A DNA stretch of 42,992 nt from Nitrospinota bacterium (GTDB lineage: Bacteria; Nitrospinota_A; JADGAW01): positions 1 through 42,992 of the forward strand of contig JADGAW010000002.1 in NCBI GenBank assembly GCA_015231815.1, read 5' to 3'. The position numbers were made by a program, and so were the translations under genes. The notes under the pieces were generated by a model. The model was not told the DNA's origin and ran no database searches. It was given only the letters and a program-made list of their open reading frames with translations. Below, one piece after another: positions 26,300-36,403 of the stretch (the first letter of the stretch is position 1; each line of letters begins with the position of its first letter).

Positions 26300-27730
26300 A
26301 TGAGCGTAAATAAAAAAATTCTGGTAGTGGATGATGAACCGAATATCTGTACTTTATTAAAGGACAGTCTCACTTCCGTTGGGTTTAGCGTAGATACCAT
26401 CCAGTCATTTGATCAGGTTGAATATGCTGTCAGAAAGGAATCGTACATTCTTGTGTTTCTTGATGTTTACCTTGAAGGCAAAAGCAGTTTTTCCTTAATT
26501 GAAAGTATTAAGAAATTTTCACCTAAAACCAGTGTTGTTGTCATGACTGGACAGGGGAGAATGAAATTAACCATTGACGCAATTAAAGCAGGGGCATACG
26601 ATTATTTGAGCAAACCCGTTGACTTGGACAAGATTAACGAAATTGCTGAAAAAATTTCTGAAAGTTGTAACGCAAAGGAAAAAGAAAATAAAAATATTCC
26701 GCATGATGGATACGAAGCTGATGAAATTGTTGGTACATCTCCGGCAATAGAGAATATATTTAAAAAAATAGCCTACATTTCCAATTCAGATATATCAGTT
26801 CTTATTCGAGGGGAAAGTGGAACAGGAAAAGAACTTGCTGCCCGGGCAGTTCATAATAACTCTGCACGAAAAAATTACCCGTTTATTGCCGTAAACTGTG
26901 CTTCAATTCCTTCCAGTTTATTGGGAAGCGAACTTTTTGGTCATGAAAAGGGCTCTTTTACCAGCGCAATTAACCAGAAAAAAGGAACTTTTGAACTGGC
27001 AAATAAAGGAACAATATTTCTTGATGAAATCGGTGATATGCCCATGGAAATGCAGGCGGCAATTTTACGTGTTCTTCAGGAAAAAGAGTTTTACCGAATT
27101 GGTGCTGAAAAGCCCAATAAGGTTAATGTAAGAATTATTGCTGCGACCAACCGTCCTTTAGAAGAGTTAATGGAGAAAAACCTTTTTAGGGAAGACCTTT
27201 ATTACCGACTGAATGAAATTACTTTAGATTTACCATCCCTGCGAAAGCGAAAAGGAGATATTGAATTACTGGTCAATCATTTCCTGAATAAGTTTTCCAA
27301 AGAGATGAATGTTGCACCTAAAACCATCACTAAAAGTGCTATTGATGCATTGAAGGAAGAAAAATGGCCGGGAAATATCAGGGAGTTGGAAAACACCATT
27401 AAATATGCTTTTTCCGTTGCAAAGAATAATGAAATCACCTTAGATGATATTCGGGACAAAATTAATAAAGATGAATCGCCCAGAAATCAATTCATTGAAT
27501 ATATTTTTGATACTATTGAGGGCTTTATTAATACTGAAGATAACGGGCATAAGGGAACCTTATATAAAGATATTATTAAAACGGTTGAACATGCTCTGTT
27601 TAGTGCTGTATATCAAAAGACCAAGTATAATCAAGTCCTTTCTTCAAAAATTCTGGGTATTAACCGTAATACCTTTAGGACAAAGTTGAAAGAAATGGGG
27701 TTGGAAAAAAAGACATCTAAAGAAAACTAA
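26300..27730 (+). CDS. NtrC-family sigma54-dependent response regulator (REC-AAA-HTH)
   Basis: VVDDE/FLD receiver; GESGTGKE, ELFGHEKGSFTSA, FLDEIG, FREDLYYRLN, WPGNIREL; Fis-type HTH LGINRNT. Confidence 0.95.
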   Translation: MSVNKKILVVDDEPNICTLLKDSLTSVGFSVDTIQSFDQVEYAVRKESYILVFLDVYLEGKSSFSLIESIKKFSPKTSVVVMTGQGRMKLTIDAIKAGAYDYLSKPVDLDKINEIAEKISESCNAKEKENKNIPHDGYEADEIVGTSPAIENIFKKIAYISNSDISVLIRGESGTGKELAARAVHNNSARKNYPFIAVNCASIPSSLLGSELFGHEKGSFTSAINQKKGTFELANKGTIFLDEIGDMPMEMQAAILRVLQEKEFYRIGAEKPNKVNVRIIAATNRPLEELMEKNLFREDLYYRLNEITLDLPSLRKRKGDIELLVNHFLNKFSKEMNVAPKTITKSAIDALKEEKWPGNIRELENTIKYAFSVAKNNEITLDDIRDKINKDESPRNQFIEYIFDTIEGFINTEDNGHKGTLYKDIIKTVEHALFSAVYQKTKYNQVLSSKILGINRNTFRTKLKEMGLEKKTSKEN

Positions 27731-27738
27731 GCGTTCAT

Positions 27739-30162
27739 ATGAAAAAAGAAAAACCACCAAATAAATTTTCACCGGATCAGGAGATTAATGATGATCTTGA
27801 CCTTGAAACACTTAAAATACCCAAGACTCTTCCCCTTCTACCTGTACGGGATATTGTTGTTTTTCCCCACATGATTATTCCCCTGTATGTCGGGAGAGAA
27901 TCTTCGATACGTGCAGTTGAGAAATCCTTGGCTTCTAACAGGCTCATTTTGCTTGCAACACAAAAAAATCCTCAGGTAGATGATCCGGAAGGTAACGACC
28001 TCTACAAAACAGGAACAGTTGTTATTGTCATCCGAATGCTGAAAATGCCTGATGAAAGAATTAAAATTCTTGTTCAGGGAGTTAAACGGGCAAAGCTACT
28101 GAAGGTGGTAAATAATGAAGTTTATTTAAAGGGAAATTTAAATACCATCGAGGAAAGTGAACCCGATGCCTCAAGCTTGAAGCAAGAAGCAATGATGAGG
28201 ATATGTAAGGAAACAATTTACGAAATGATTCAGCATGGAAAGAGTCTTCCCCCGGATTTTATGGTTGTTATTGAAAACCTTGATTCTCCAGGAAAATTAG
28301 CTGATCTGGTTATTGCAAACCTCAATTTAAAGGTTAAAGATTTACAGGAAGTTCTTGAACTTACTGCGCCGTTAAAAAGGCTGAAAAGGGTTATCGAAAT
28401 ATTAAAGAACGAATTCAGTTTGTTGAAAGTACAATCACAAATTCAAACGGAAACCCAACAGGAGATAGGAAAAACTCAAAGAGACTATTACTTACGGGAA
28501 CAGCTTAAGGCAATAAAAAAAGAGCTGGGTGATTATGAAGACAAAGCAGATGAAATAGAAGAATTTCAGGAAAAGATTAAAAAAGCAAAAATGCCGAAAA
28601 AAGCCAAAGAAGAGGCAAATAAACAGCTCAAAAGAATGGGAAAAATGCATCCTGAATCTGCTGAAGCAACAACGGTGAGAACCTTTCTTGAATGGATGGT
28701 TGAACTTCCCTGGAGCATTTTGACCAAAGATAATCTGGATATTAAGAAAGCATCAAAAACATTAAATAACGACCATTTTGGTCTGGAAAAAATCAAAGAC
28801 AGAATTTTGGAGCATTTAAGTGTTAAAAAACTCAACAAAAACATGAAGGGACCTATTCTTTGTTTTGTTGGTCCTCCCGGAGTGGGTAAAACATCCCTTG
28901 GGCGCTCCATTGCACGAAGTATGGAAAAGAAATTCATCAGAATATCTCTTGGAGGAGTAAGGGATGAAGCAGAAATTCGAGGACATAGAAGAACCTACGT
29001 TGGGGCATTGCCTGGAAGAGTTATTCAGGGACTAAAAACTGCTGGTTCTTCAAACCCTATTTTTATGTTAGACGAAATAGATAAGATTGGAACTGACTTT
29101 CGAGGTGACCCTTCTTCTGCATTGTTGGAAGTATTGGATCCTGAACAAAATAATAGTTTTACCGACCACTATCTTGGTGTGGAGTATGACCTTTCAAAGG
29201 TGATGTTTATTGCAACGGCAAATATAGCTGACCCCATTCCATCGGCATTAAAAGACAGGATGGAAATCATTCGACTCTCAGGCTATACCCTTGAAGAAAA
29301 ATTTGAAATAGCAAAAAGATATTTAATTCCAAGAGTTTTAAAGGAGAATGGAATTGAAAAATTAAATGTTTCCTTTAGCAAGAATGCTATTATTGAAATA
29401 ATCACCTTTTATACGAGAGAAGCAGGATTAAGAAACCTTGAGCGAAAACTCTCTGAAATTTGCAGAAAGATTGCCAGACTTTATGCTGAGAATAAGTTTT
29501 CCAAAAAATATGAAATAAGTAAAGCTAAGGTAAATTCGTTGCTTGGTCCACAGATTTTTATTCCTGAAACAGACCTTGACTTCGACCGGGTTGGAACGGC
29601 AACAGGGCTTGCCTGGACTTCTGTGGGAGGGGAAATCCTTCATATTGAAGTTGTGGTGATGAAAGGAAAAGGAGTACTTTCCATTACCGGACAATTAGGC
29701 GATGTAATGAAAGAGTCTGCAAAAGCTGCCTTAAGCTATATTCGTTCAAAAGCAGATTTATTTGGAATAAGTCCCGATATTTTTTCTAAACATGATTATC
29801 ATATTCATGTTCCGGCAGGGGGAATCCCAAAGGATGGTCCTTCAGCAGGCATTACCATTACAACAGCATTAATTTCCGCCTTTACCAAGGTTCCTGTTCA
29901 GAGCAACTTTGCTATGACGGGGGAAATTACCTTAAGGGGCAGGGTATTACCCATTGGCGGACTGAAAGAAAAATCACTTGCTGCTTTAAGTGCCGGAATT
30001 ACGAACATTATTATTCCCAAGGACAATGAAAAGGATTTACCGGAAATACCTCCCTATATTCGGAAAAAGCTCAACTTTATTTCGGTAAAGAACTATGATG
30101 AAATAGTTAATCACGTTCTCCCGTCTCCTAAGAAGAAAAAAACGACCAGAAAGAAAAAATAA
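27739..30162 (+). CDS. lon: ATP-dependent protease La
   Basis: LPLLPVRDIVVFP, GPPGVGKTS, LDEIDK, PKDGPSAG (Ser), GGLKEK (Lys). Confidence 0.98.
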   Translation: MKKEKPPNKFSPDQEINDDLDLETLKIPKTLPLLPVRDIVVFPHMIIPLYVGRESSIRAVEKSLASNRLILLATQKNPQVDDPEGNDLYKTGTVVIVIRMLKMPDERIKILVQGVKRAKLLKVVNNEVYLKGNLNTIEESEPDASSLKQEAMMRICKETIYEMIQHGKSLPPDFMVVIENLDSPGKLADLVIANLNLKVKDLQEVLELTAPLKRLKRVIEILKNEFSLLKVQSQIQTETQQEIGKTQRDYYLREQLKAIKKELGDYEDKADEIEEFQEKIKKAKMPKKAKEEANKQLKRMGKMHPESAEATTVRTFLEWMVELPWSILTKDNLDIKKASKTLNNDHFGLEKIKDRILEHLSVKKLNKNMKGPILCFVGPPGVGKTSLGRSIARSMEKKFIRISLGGVRDEAEIRGHRRTYVGALPGRVIQGLKTAGSSNPIFMLDEIDKIGTDFRGDPSSALLEVLDPEQNNSFTDHYLGVEYDLSKVMFIATANIADPIPSALKDRMEIIRLSGYTLEEKFEIAKRYLIPRVLKENGIEKLNVSFSKNAIIEIITFYTREAGLRNLERKLSEICRKIARLYAENKFSKKYEISKAKVNSLLGPQIFIPETDLDFDRVGTATGLAWTSVGGEILHIEVVVMKGKGVLSITGQLGDVMKESAKAALSYIRSKADLFGISPDIFSKHDYHIHVPAGGIPKDGPSAGITITTALISAFTKVPVQSNFAMTGEITLRGRVLPIGGLKEKSLAALSAGITNIIIPKDNEKDLPEIPPYIRKKLNFISVKNYDEIVNHVLPSPKKKKTTRKKK

Positions 30163-30163
30163 T

Positions 30164-30547
30164 ATGGAAAAAGAATCTTTCCTTGAAAAGGCTGTGAGAG
30201 CGGTGGAAGATATGAAAGGAATTAATATTTCGATTATTAATGTTGAAAATATTGTTACCCACATGGACTATGTTTTTATATGCTCCGGCACATCAGATCG
30301 ACATGTAATCTCAATTGCTGAAAATTTAAAGTCAAAGGTTAAAAGAAGTGCAAAGCCGTTTAGTATAGAAGGTATGGATGATGGAAACTGGGTTTTATTA
30401 GATTATGGCTGGATTATTTTCCATGTATTTAGAGAGGAAGTGAGAGAATATTACCGATTGGAAGAACTTTGGCGTAATGGTAAATTTATAGAAGCTTCAC
30501 ATTACCTGAAAGATGTTCTACCGAAAAAGGTATTAAGCTCAGCATAG
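30164..30547 (+). CDS. rsfS: Ribosome silencing factor RsfS
   Basis: DYVFICSGTSDRHV, EG...WVLLDYG..IFHVF..EVREYYRLEELW. Confidence 0.96.
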   Translation: MEKESFLEKAVRAVEDMKGINISIINVENIVTHMDYVFICSGTSDRHVISIAENLKSKVKRSAKPFSIEGMDDGNWVLLDYGWIIFHVFREEVREYYRLEELWRNGKFIEASHYLKDVLPKKVLSSA

Positions 30548-30602
30548 GCAGTTCTTTGTAATTACTCTTAAGAGAAAACCGAAACCAGTAAACTGTAAAA
30601 AA

Positions 30603-31460
30603 ATGGCGATGAAAATTGTGAGTCATGGGCTTGATTCCATTGAATTAAGTGATAAAACCTTTTATAAGTTTTCCAAGTTAATTTACGCACAGGCAGGAAT
30701 TGTTCTCGGAGATGCCAAGAAGCAACTGGTTAAGTCCCGGCTTATAAAAAGAATTCGAACATTGGGGCTTGAAAGCTTTGACGAATATTTCAAATACATT
30801 GAAAAAAGTAATTTCAGTGGTGAAGAAATGATTCTCATGCTTGATGCTATTTCCACCAACAAGACTCATTTTTTTCGGGAAGAATCCCATTTTAACTTTC
30901 TGACCAGTAACGTTTTGCCCGATATCGTTGCAAAACATCCGACTAAATATGCGATTAAAGTTTGGTCTGCTGCCTGTTCCACTGGTGAAGAAGTTTATAC
31001 CCTCGGCATTGTTTTGTCAGAATTCTTGAAAAATAACAGTAACTACACCTTTAATTTTCTTGCTACGGACATCTCCACAAAAGTATTGCAAAAAGCTGAA
31101 CTTGGTGTTTACCCAAGTGAGAATGTCGTGGGCATAAGTAAGAACCTGTTAAGAACGTACTTTCAAAAAGGTCAAAATAACTTTGCTGACAAGTTTAGAG
31201 TTAAAGAAAGTCTGAGAAAAATCACGACCTTTAAACGTCTGAACTTTATGGATGCTGACTGGGGAATTCGGGATTCCTTCGATATTATTTTTTGTCGGAA
31301 CGCAATGATTTATTTTGATAAACCAACCCAGAAAACTCTCGTAGGAAGGTTTCATCAATATCTTAAACCAGGAGGTTATTTGTTTATTGGACACTCAGAA
31401 AGTTTACTTGATAGCCGTCATCTCTTTAAGTATATTCAACCTACGGTATATCAAAAGTAA
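30603..31460 (+). CDS. cheR: Chemotaxis protein-glutamate methyltransferase CheR
   Basis: TNKTHFFRE, WSAACSTGEEVYT, ATDIS, DIIFCRN, GGYLFIGHSES. Confidence 0.96.
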   Translation: MAMKIVSHGLDSIELSDKTFYKFSKLIYAQAGIVLGDAKKQLVKSRLIKRIRTLGLESFDEYFKYIEKSNFSGEEMILMLDAISTNKTHFFREESHFNFLTSNVLPDIVAKHPTKYAIKVWSAACSTGEEVYTLGIVLSEFLKNNSNYTFNFLATDISTKVLQKAELGVYPSENVVGISKNLLRTYFQKGQNNFADKFRVKESLRKITTFKRLNFMDADWGIRDSFDIIFCRNAMIYFDKPTQKTLVGRFHQYLKPGGYLFIGHSESLLDSRHLFKYIQPTVYQK

Positions 31461-31463
31461 TTC

Positions 31464-32567
31464 ATGTCTAATTTACAAATTGACCGACGGATTTTTTCCA
31501 ATGTGGATTACACCCTCATTCTTCTCACTGTAATACTGGCAATTATTGGGATTTTTGCAATAAAAGCAGCAACCTTTCATACAGAAGGGTTCATGAAGGA
31601 ACTCTATTTCAAACAGTTAATTTGGGTTGGAGTCGGGATTGTTGCAATGATATCTGTTATGTTTATCGACTTTAGGGAACTTGCACGATTTGCCTACTTT
31701 TTTTATTTCATCAGTATCTGTTTGTTGCTCTATGTTCATTTTTTTGGAAAAGTTATTTACGGAGCACAAAGGTGGATTGATTTAGGTTTTTTTTCCTTTC
31801 AGGTTTCTGAGTTTGCAAAGATTGCCGTTATTCTTTCCCTCGCTAAATTTTTTGATGATGATAAAAAGGAGCATACGCTTGTTGACCTCATTTTCCCCAC
31901 AATTTTAATGTTATTGGTTTTTTTGCTTATTGCCAAAGAACCGGATTTAGGTACTGCTCTCATGCTTGCAGCAGGCTATATTGTCGTTGTTACTTTGACG
32001 GCTATAAAACGGTCAACCTTATGGAATATTGTTAAAGTTGTTGTAATCCTGCTTCCCTTTTCCTGGTTTTTTTTACATGATTATCAGAAAAAAAGAATTT
32101 TTACCCTCTTTGATCCTTCACTCGATCCTCTAGGAACCGGTTATCATACTCTTCAGGCAAAAATTGCCATTGGTTCAGGGAGAATTTGGGGAACAGGAGT
32201 AGGTGGAACGCAAAGCAGACTTAACTTCCTTCCGGAAAGGCATACTGACTTTATTTTTGCCGTAATTTCTGAAAGTTTTGGAATTGTTGGGGCAACGATT
32301 GTCCTGATATTGTTAATGGCTCTTATCATTAAATGTTTTATGATTACCGCAACCTTACGGGACAGGTTCTCAACAATTCTTTGTGGGGGATTATCTGGTT
32401 TGCTGGCAAGTTATATTACTTTTAACATTGGGATGGAACTCGGACTTTTCCCCGTAGTGGGAATTCCTCTGCCTCTTGTCAGTTATGGAGGTTCCTCAAT
32501 TGTTTTTACCTTTATTTCCATTGGGATTATTATTTCCCTTAAAAGTCATCGCTTTAGAGTACCGTAA
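31464..32567 (+). CDS. rodA: SEDS peptidoglycan glycosyltransferase RodA
   Basis: GAQRWI, QVSEFAK, EPDLGT, LHDYQKKRI, IAIGSG, FLPERHTDFIF, PLPLVSYGGSS. Confidence 0.94.
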   Translation: MSNLQIDRRIFSNVDYTLILLTVILAIIGIFAIKAATFHTEGFMKELYFKQLIWVGVGIVAMISVMFIDFRELARFAYFFYFISICLLLYVHFFGKVIYGAQRWIDLGFFSFQVSEFAKIAVILSLAKFFDDDKKEHTLVDLIFPTILMLLVFLLIAKEPDLGTALMLAAGYIVVVTLTAIKRSTLWNIVKVVVILLPFSWFFLHDYQKKRIFTLFDPSLDPLGTGYHTLQAKIAIGSGRIWGTGVGGTQSRLNFLPERHTDFIFAVISESFGIVGATIVLILLMALIIKCFMITATLRDRFSTILCGGLSGLLASYITFNIGMELGLFPVVGIPLPLVSYGGSSIVFTFISIGIIISLKSHRFRVP

Positions 32568-32598
32568 GTTTTGGACTTTTTGAATAACAGGTACGTTT

Positions 32599-33537
32599 TT
32601 ACCATTCAATAATAGAAGCACCCCAGGTAAAACCGCCCCCAAAGGCAACAAACATTATTTTGTCCCCTTTCTTTATCAACCCTTTTTCATCTGCTTCATT
32701 TAGAGCAATTGGTATCGATGCAGCGGAAGTATTTCCATACTCACCAACATTGATATAGACCTTTTCTTTGGGGATTTTTAGTAAATCACCCAGTGCATTA
32801 ATAATTCGTAGATTTGCCTGATGAGGGATAAAAAGAGCAATGTCTTCGGTTTTTAATCCACAACTTTTTAAAATTTCCGTGGTGATATCACCCATTGAAC
32901 GAATGGCTATTTTAAAAACTGTATTTCCTTTCATGTCAATATATTTTCTGTCAGGAACAGCAAGGAGATCGGCATATTTTCCATCAGATTTAATAATGTT
33001 CTTAAAAACTGAAGTATTCTGTTCCTCTTCCCTTTTTACAATTACTCCCGCAGCACCATCTCCAAAAAGGATACAGGTGTTTCTGTCTTCCCAGTTAATA
33101 ATTTCTGAAAACTTTTCAGTACAAATTATCATGGCAGTTGAATATGTTCCTATTTTTAAATATTGTTCGACAATTGAAAGGGAATATATAAAGCCTGAAC
33201 AAGCGGCAGATATATCAAAGGCAACAGCGTTTTTGAGACCAAGTCCTGTTTGAATTAAACATGCTGTAGAGGGAAAATTCATGTCGGGGGTTGCTGTGGC
33301 AACAACAAGCAATTCTATTTCTTCCGGCTTAATTCCTGATTTTTCCAAAATATTTTTGCCGGCTTTTATCCCCATTGCTGAAGCAGTTTCATTTTTTGCA
33401 GCAATATGTCTGTTTTTTATTCCTGTTCTTGTTGTAATCCATTCATCGGAAGTATCGACCATTTTTTCCAGATCGGCATTGCTGAGAACCTTTTTAGGAG
33501 CATAACTCCCGGTAGCAATAATTTTAATTCCGAACAT
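32599..33537 (-). CDS. fabH: 3-oxoacyl-ACP synthase III
   Basis: DTSDEWITTRTGI, AACSGF, FGDGA, PHQAN, YGNTSAAS, FGGGFTWG. Confidence 0.97.
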   Translation of the reverse strand: MFGIKIIATGSYAPKKVLSNADLEKMVDTSDEWITTRTGIKNRHIAAKNETASAMGIKAGKNILEKSGIKPEEIELLVVATATPDMNFPSTACLIQTGLGLKNAVAFDISAACSGFIYSLSIVEQYLKIGTYSTAMIICTEKFSEIINWEDRNTCILFGDGAAGVIVKREEEQNTSVFKNIIKSDGKYADLLAVPDRKYIDMKGNTVFKIAIRSMGDITTEILKSCGLKTEDIALFIPHQANLRIINALGDLLKIPKEKVYINVGEYGNTSAASIPIALNEADEKGLIKKGDKIMFVAFGGGFTWGASIIEW

Positions 33538-33540
33538 ACT

Positions 33541-34602
33541 TTAGGGGTTTAACGAATCCTTAATATTTTGCCAAAGGGATGGAGCTCTTTTTGAGGACAT
33601 TTTTACTTCGCTGTTTTTCTCCATCTCTTCTTTAATGTGGGTGTTCACTTCTTTGTTGATTAAATCTCCAGCCAATTTAATTGCATTCATTATAGAACGA
33701 TAATTGGAGCTTCCGTGAGAAATTACCACAGTTCCGTTAACTCCCAGCAGTAGAGCCCCGCCATATTCGTGGTAATCAACTTTCTTTTTAAAGATTTGTA
33801 AAAAAGGTTTAACCAAAACATAGCCTAATTTTCCCCGCCATCCGGAAGAAAAGATGATTTTTAATTCGTTCATCATAAAACCAGCAAGACTTTCACTTAT
33901 TTTTAAAGCAATATTACCGGTAAATCCATCGCAGACTACAACATCGGCTTTTCCGCTGTAGAATTCCTTACCTTCAATATTTCCAATAAAGTTTAGGGAA
34001 CTTTTATTCATGAGAGTATAGGCATCTTTCGTCACTTCATTACCTTTTCCCTCTTCTTCACCAATACTTAATAAGCCAACTGTGGGGTTTTCTTTTTCCA
34101 TGACATAACGGGAAAAAACTTCAGCCATAACGCCAAATTGAAAAAGCTGGTTAGCGTGAACTTCAATATTGGCTCCAGCATCTATGAGAAGGAGATTTTT
34201 TTTTGCGGTGGGGAGGACAGCACCAATTGCAGGACGATCAATTCCTTCAAGAGTGCGTAAGAATAACGTGGCAGCTGCTAAAACAGCTCCAGTATTTCCA
34301 GCACTGACAAAAGCCGTATTATTCTTGTCCTTAATTTCTTCTATTCCAATACGAATGGATGAGTTTCTTTTTTTTCTGATGGCACTTGATGGAGATTCGT
34401 TCATTTCAATAACCTCTTCAGCATGCAAAATATCTATAGGAAGAGTTTCAGAATCATGATACTTCTTAAGTTCTGCTTCCAAGACATCCTGTTTCCCAAC
34501 AATTCGTATTGGAAAATTAAAGTCCCTTGCAGCATGAACTGCTCCTTTGACTATTTCGGATGGGGAATTATCTCCCCCCATCCCATCTAAGATTATCTTC
34601 AA
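33541..34602 (-). CDS. plsX: Phosphate acyltransferase PlsX
   Basis: DGMGGD, SAGNTGA, DRPAI, DAGAN, GEEEGKG, DGFTGN, HGSS. Confidence 0.97.
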   Translation of the reverse strand: MKIILDGMGGDNSPSEIVKGAVHAARDFNFPIRIVGKQDVLEAELKKYHDSETLPIDILHAEEVIEMNESPSSAIRKKRNSSIRIGIEEIKDKNNTAFVSAGNTGAVLAAATLFLRTLEGIDRPAIGAVLPTAKKNLLLIDAGANIEVHANQLFQFGVMAEVFSRYVMEKENPTVGLLSIGEEEGKGNEVTKDAYTLMNKSSLNFIGNIEGKEFYSGKADVVVCDGFTGNIALKISESLAGFMMNELKIIFSSGWRGKLGYVLVKPFLQIFKKKVDYHEYGGALLLGVNGTVVISHGSSNYRSIMNAIKLAGDLINKEVNTHIKEEMEKNSEVKMSSKRAPSLWQNIKDSLNP

Positions 34603-34618
34603 GTCCGTCCAATTGTAG

Positions 34619-34798
34619 TTAAACGTTTACTTTAATAACTTCAACACCCTTATACATGCCGCATTTTAGGCAAACATGATGAGGAAGTTTTGGTTCATTA
34701 CAGTGAGGACAAGTGGAAAAGTTGGTTAAAGTAATGCTGTCATGTGAACGTCTTTTATCTCTTCTTGCCCTTGATCCTTTTTTCTTAGGTACTGCCAT
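34619..34798 (-). CDS. rpmF: 50S ribosomal protein L32 (Zn-binding form)
   Basis: Below the ORF-track cutoff; translated by hand: [19 protein letters not shown]...CPHC...[13 protein letters not shown], 59 aa, GGAGG RBS. Confidence 0.97.
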   Translation of the reverse strand: MAVPKKKGSRARRDKRRSHDSITLTNFSTCPHCNEPKLPHHVCLKCGMYKGVEVIKVNV

Positions 34799-34896
34799 GA
34801 TGCCTCCAAATGGTTAATAATGTATTTTTTCTGTTTGAGCTTTTGAAACCCGCTATTTTATCATAAGATATGCCGTAACTTCCCTAAAGAGAGCGA

Positions 34897-35607
34897 TTAT
34901 TGCTCGGTCAGAAAATAAATATAACGCAAGCAATTATTACAGGTCATAAGTTCCTTGAGTTTCTTTAATTCAATAAAATCCTGAGGAGGAATTGTGTGAA
35001 AACAGCCTTGGCAAATACCGTCAATTACTTCAACCAGCGGTTTGTTGTGAGTCCTCTCCTTAAGTTTGAGATAAATTCTTAATATTCCCGGAGACATTGA
35101 TTTCTCAAACTCTTCTACCTGACCAGAAAGGGTCATTATTTTTTCTTCCGCCTCTTTTATCTGTTGGTTATGGTCGCCTTTTTGGTCGTTTAACTCTTTT
35201 TCAGCAGATTTAAACTCTTCCTGAGCTTTTTGTGATGCTTCTTTAACCGATTCTGTTTTTTCCATCAGTTCCAGTATTTTTTCCTCAAAACTATCGATTG
35301 TTTTTTCGTGTCCTTCTATTTCACTGATTAGGGCTTTATATTCCTTGTTGGTTTTTACTTCGTTTTGCTTAACCCTGCATTTAACTATTTTTGCTTTACA
35401 ATCTTCTATATCCTGCTCATATTTTTTAATGGAATCTGCTATTTCCTTTTCATTGCCTAAAACAACGTTCAGCTCTCCCAAAGCTTTTTCTTTGTGTTCT
35501 TCAAGAACGTTAATCTCTTCCTTTAATGTTTTTACTTTTTTAATTTCTTCATTTACATGATTAAGACATTCCTGAATATCAATTAGAAGGGAGAGGTCAT
35601 TGTCCAT
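34897..35607 (-). CDS. Coiled-coil C4 zinc-ribbon protein (DUF164/CT398-like)
   Basis: Long coiled coil, VKTNKEYKALISEI, CQGC...CNNCLRYIY. Confidence 0.9.
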   Translation of the reverse strand: MDNDLSLLIDIQECLNHVNEEIKKVKTLKEEINVLEEHKEKALGELNVVLGNEKEIADSIKKYEQDIEDCKAKIVKCRVKQNEVKTNKEYKALISEIEGHEKTIDSFEEKILELMEKTESVKEASQKAQEEFKSAEKELNDQKGDHNQQIKEAEEKIMTLSGQVEEFEKSMSPGILRIYLKLKERTHNKPLVEVIDGICQGCFHTIPPQDFIELKKLKELMTCNNCLRYIYFLTEQ

Positions 35608-35696
35608 ATTTGGCAGGGATTTATGTTATTAAAACTTTTTTGAAGGGGGTATTATAATATGCTAAACCTGCGATTTTTATTACCAACGTAAACTTT

Positions 35697-36332
35697 ATGC
35701 TGAAAGATTTAAATTATCTTGCCATTGAGGGTCCAATTGGAGCTGGAAAAACCTCTCTTGCTCTTAAGATTGGAAAGCGGCTTAGTGGTAAAGTTCTTCT
35801 TGAAGAGGTAGATAAAAATCCATTTTTAGGAAATTTTTACAAGGAAATTGATAAAGTAGCGTTTCCCACCCAAATCTTTTTTCTTCTTAACCGCTACAGG
35901 CAACAACAGGAATTACTTCAGAAAGATCTCTTTTGTAATTTAAATATTACCGATTACATGTTTTACCGGGACAGGTTGTTTGCATACATGAATCTTTCAG
36001 ATGAAGAATTGTCTCTTTATGAAGAGTTGTATGGAATGCTCACTAAAAAATTGGTTAAACCGGATTTAATTATTTACCTTGATGCCAGTACTCCCGTTTT
36101 ATTGAAAAGAATACGAAAAAGAGGTCGGGATTTTGAAAGGAATATGACAGAAGAATATCTTGAAGCAAGTAAAACCTCATTACACTATTTTTTCTTTCAT
36201 TATGATGAATCCCCTGTTTTGCTTATAAATACAGATAATGCTGATTTTATCAATAATGAAGAACAGTTTGAAAATCTCATGAGAAAGGTTGACAGCATTA
36301 AAGGTGGAAAAAATTATTACAACCCGTCATAG
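35697..36332 (+). CDS. Deoxynucleoside kinase (dCK/dGK family)
   Basis: IEGPIGAGKTS, NPFLGNFY, QIFFLLNR, PDLIIYL, RIRKRGRDFE. Confidence 0.94.
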   Translation: MLKDLNYLAIEGPIGAGKTSLALKIGKRLSGKVLLEEVDKNPFLGNFYKEIDKVAFPTQIFFLLNRYRQQQELLQKDLFCNLNITDYMFYRDRLFAYMNLSDEELSLYEELYGMLTKKLVKPDLIIYLDASTPVLLKRIRKRGRDFERNMTEEYLEASKTSLHYFFFHYDESPVLLINTDNADFINNEEQFENLMRKVDSIKGGKNYYNPS

Positions 36333-36403
36333 GAATTGTGTATTCCGGGATGAGTGATAAAATGACCTGAATTTCACTTTATTTACCTGATTTGATAAAA
36401 AAC

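Noticed and set aside
34799-34896. RNase P RNA, often found near the C4 zinc-ribbon gene
   Set aside because: The gap is under 100 bp and lacks the GAGGAAAGTCC motif.
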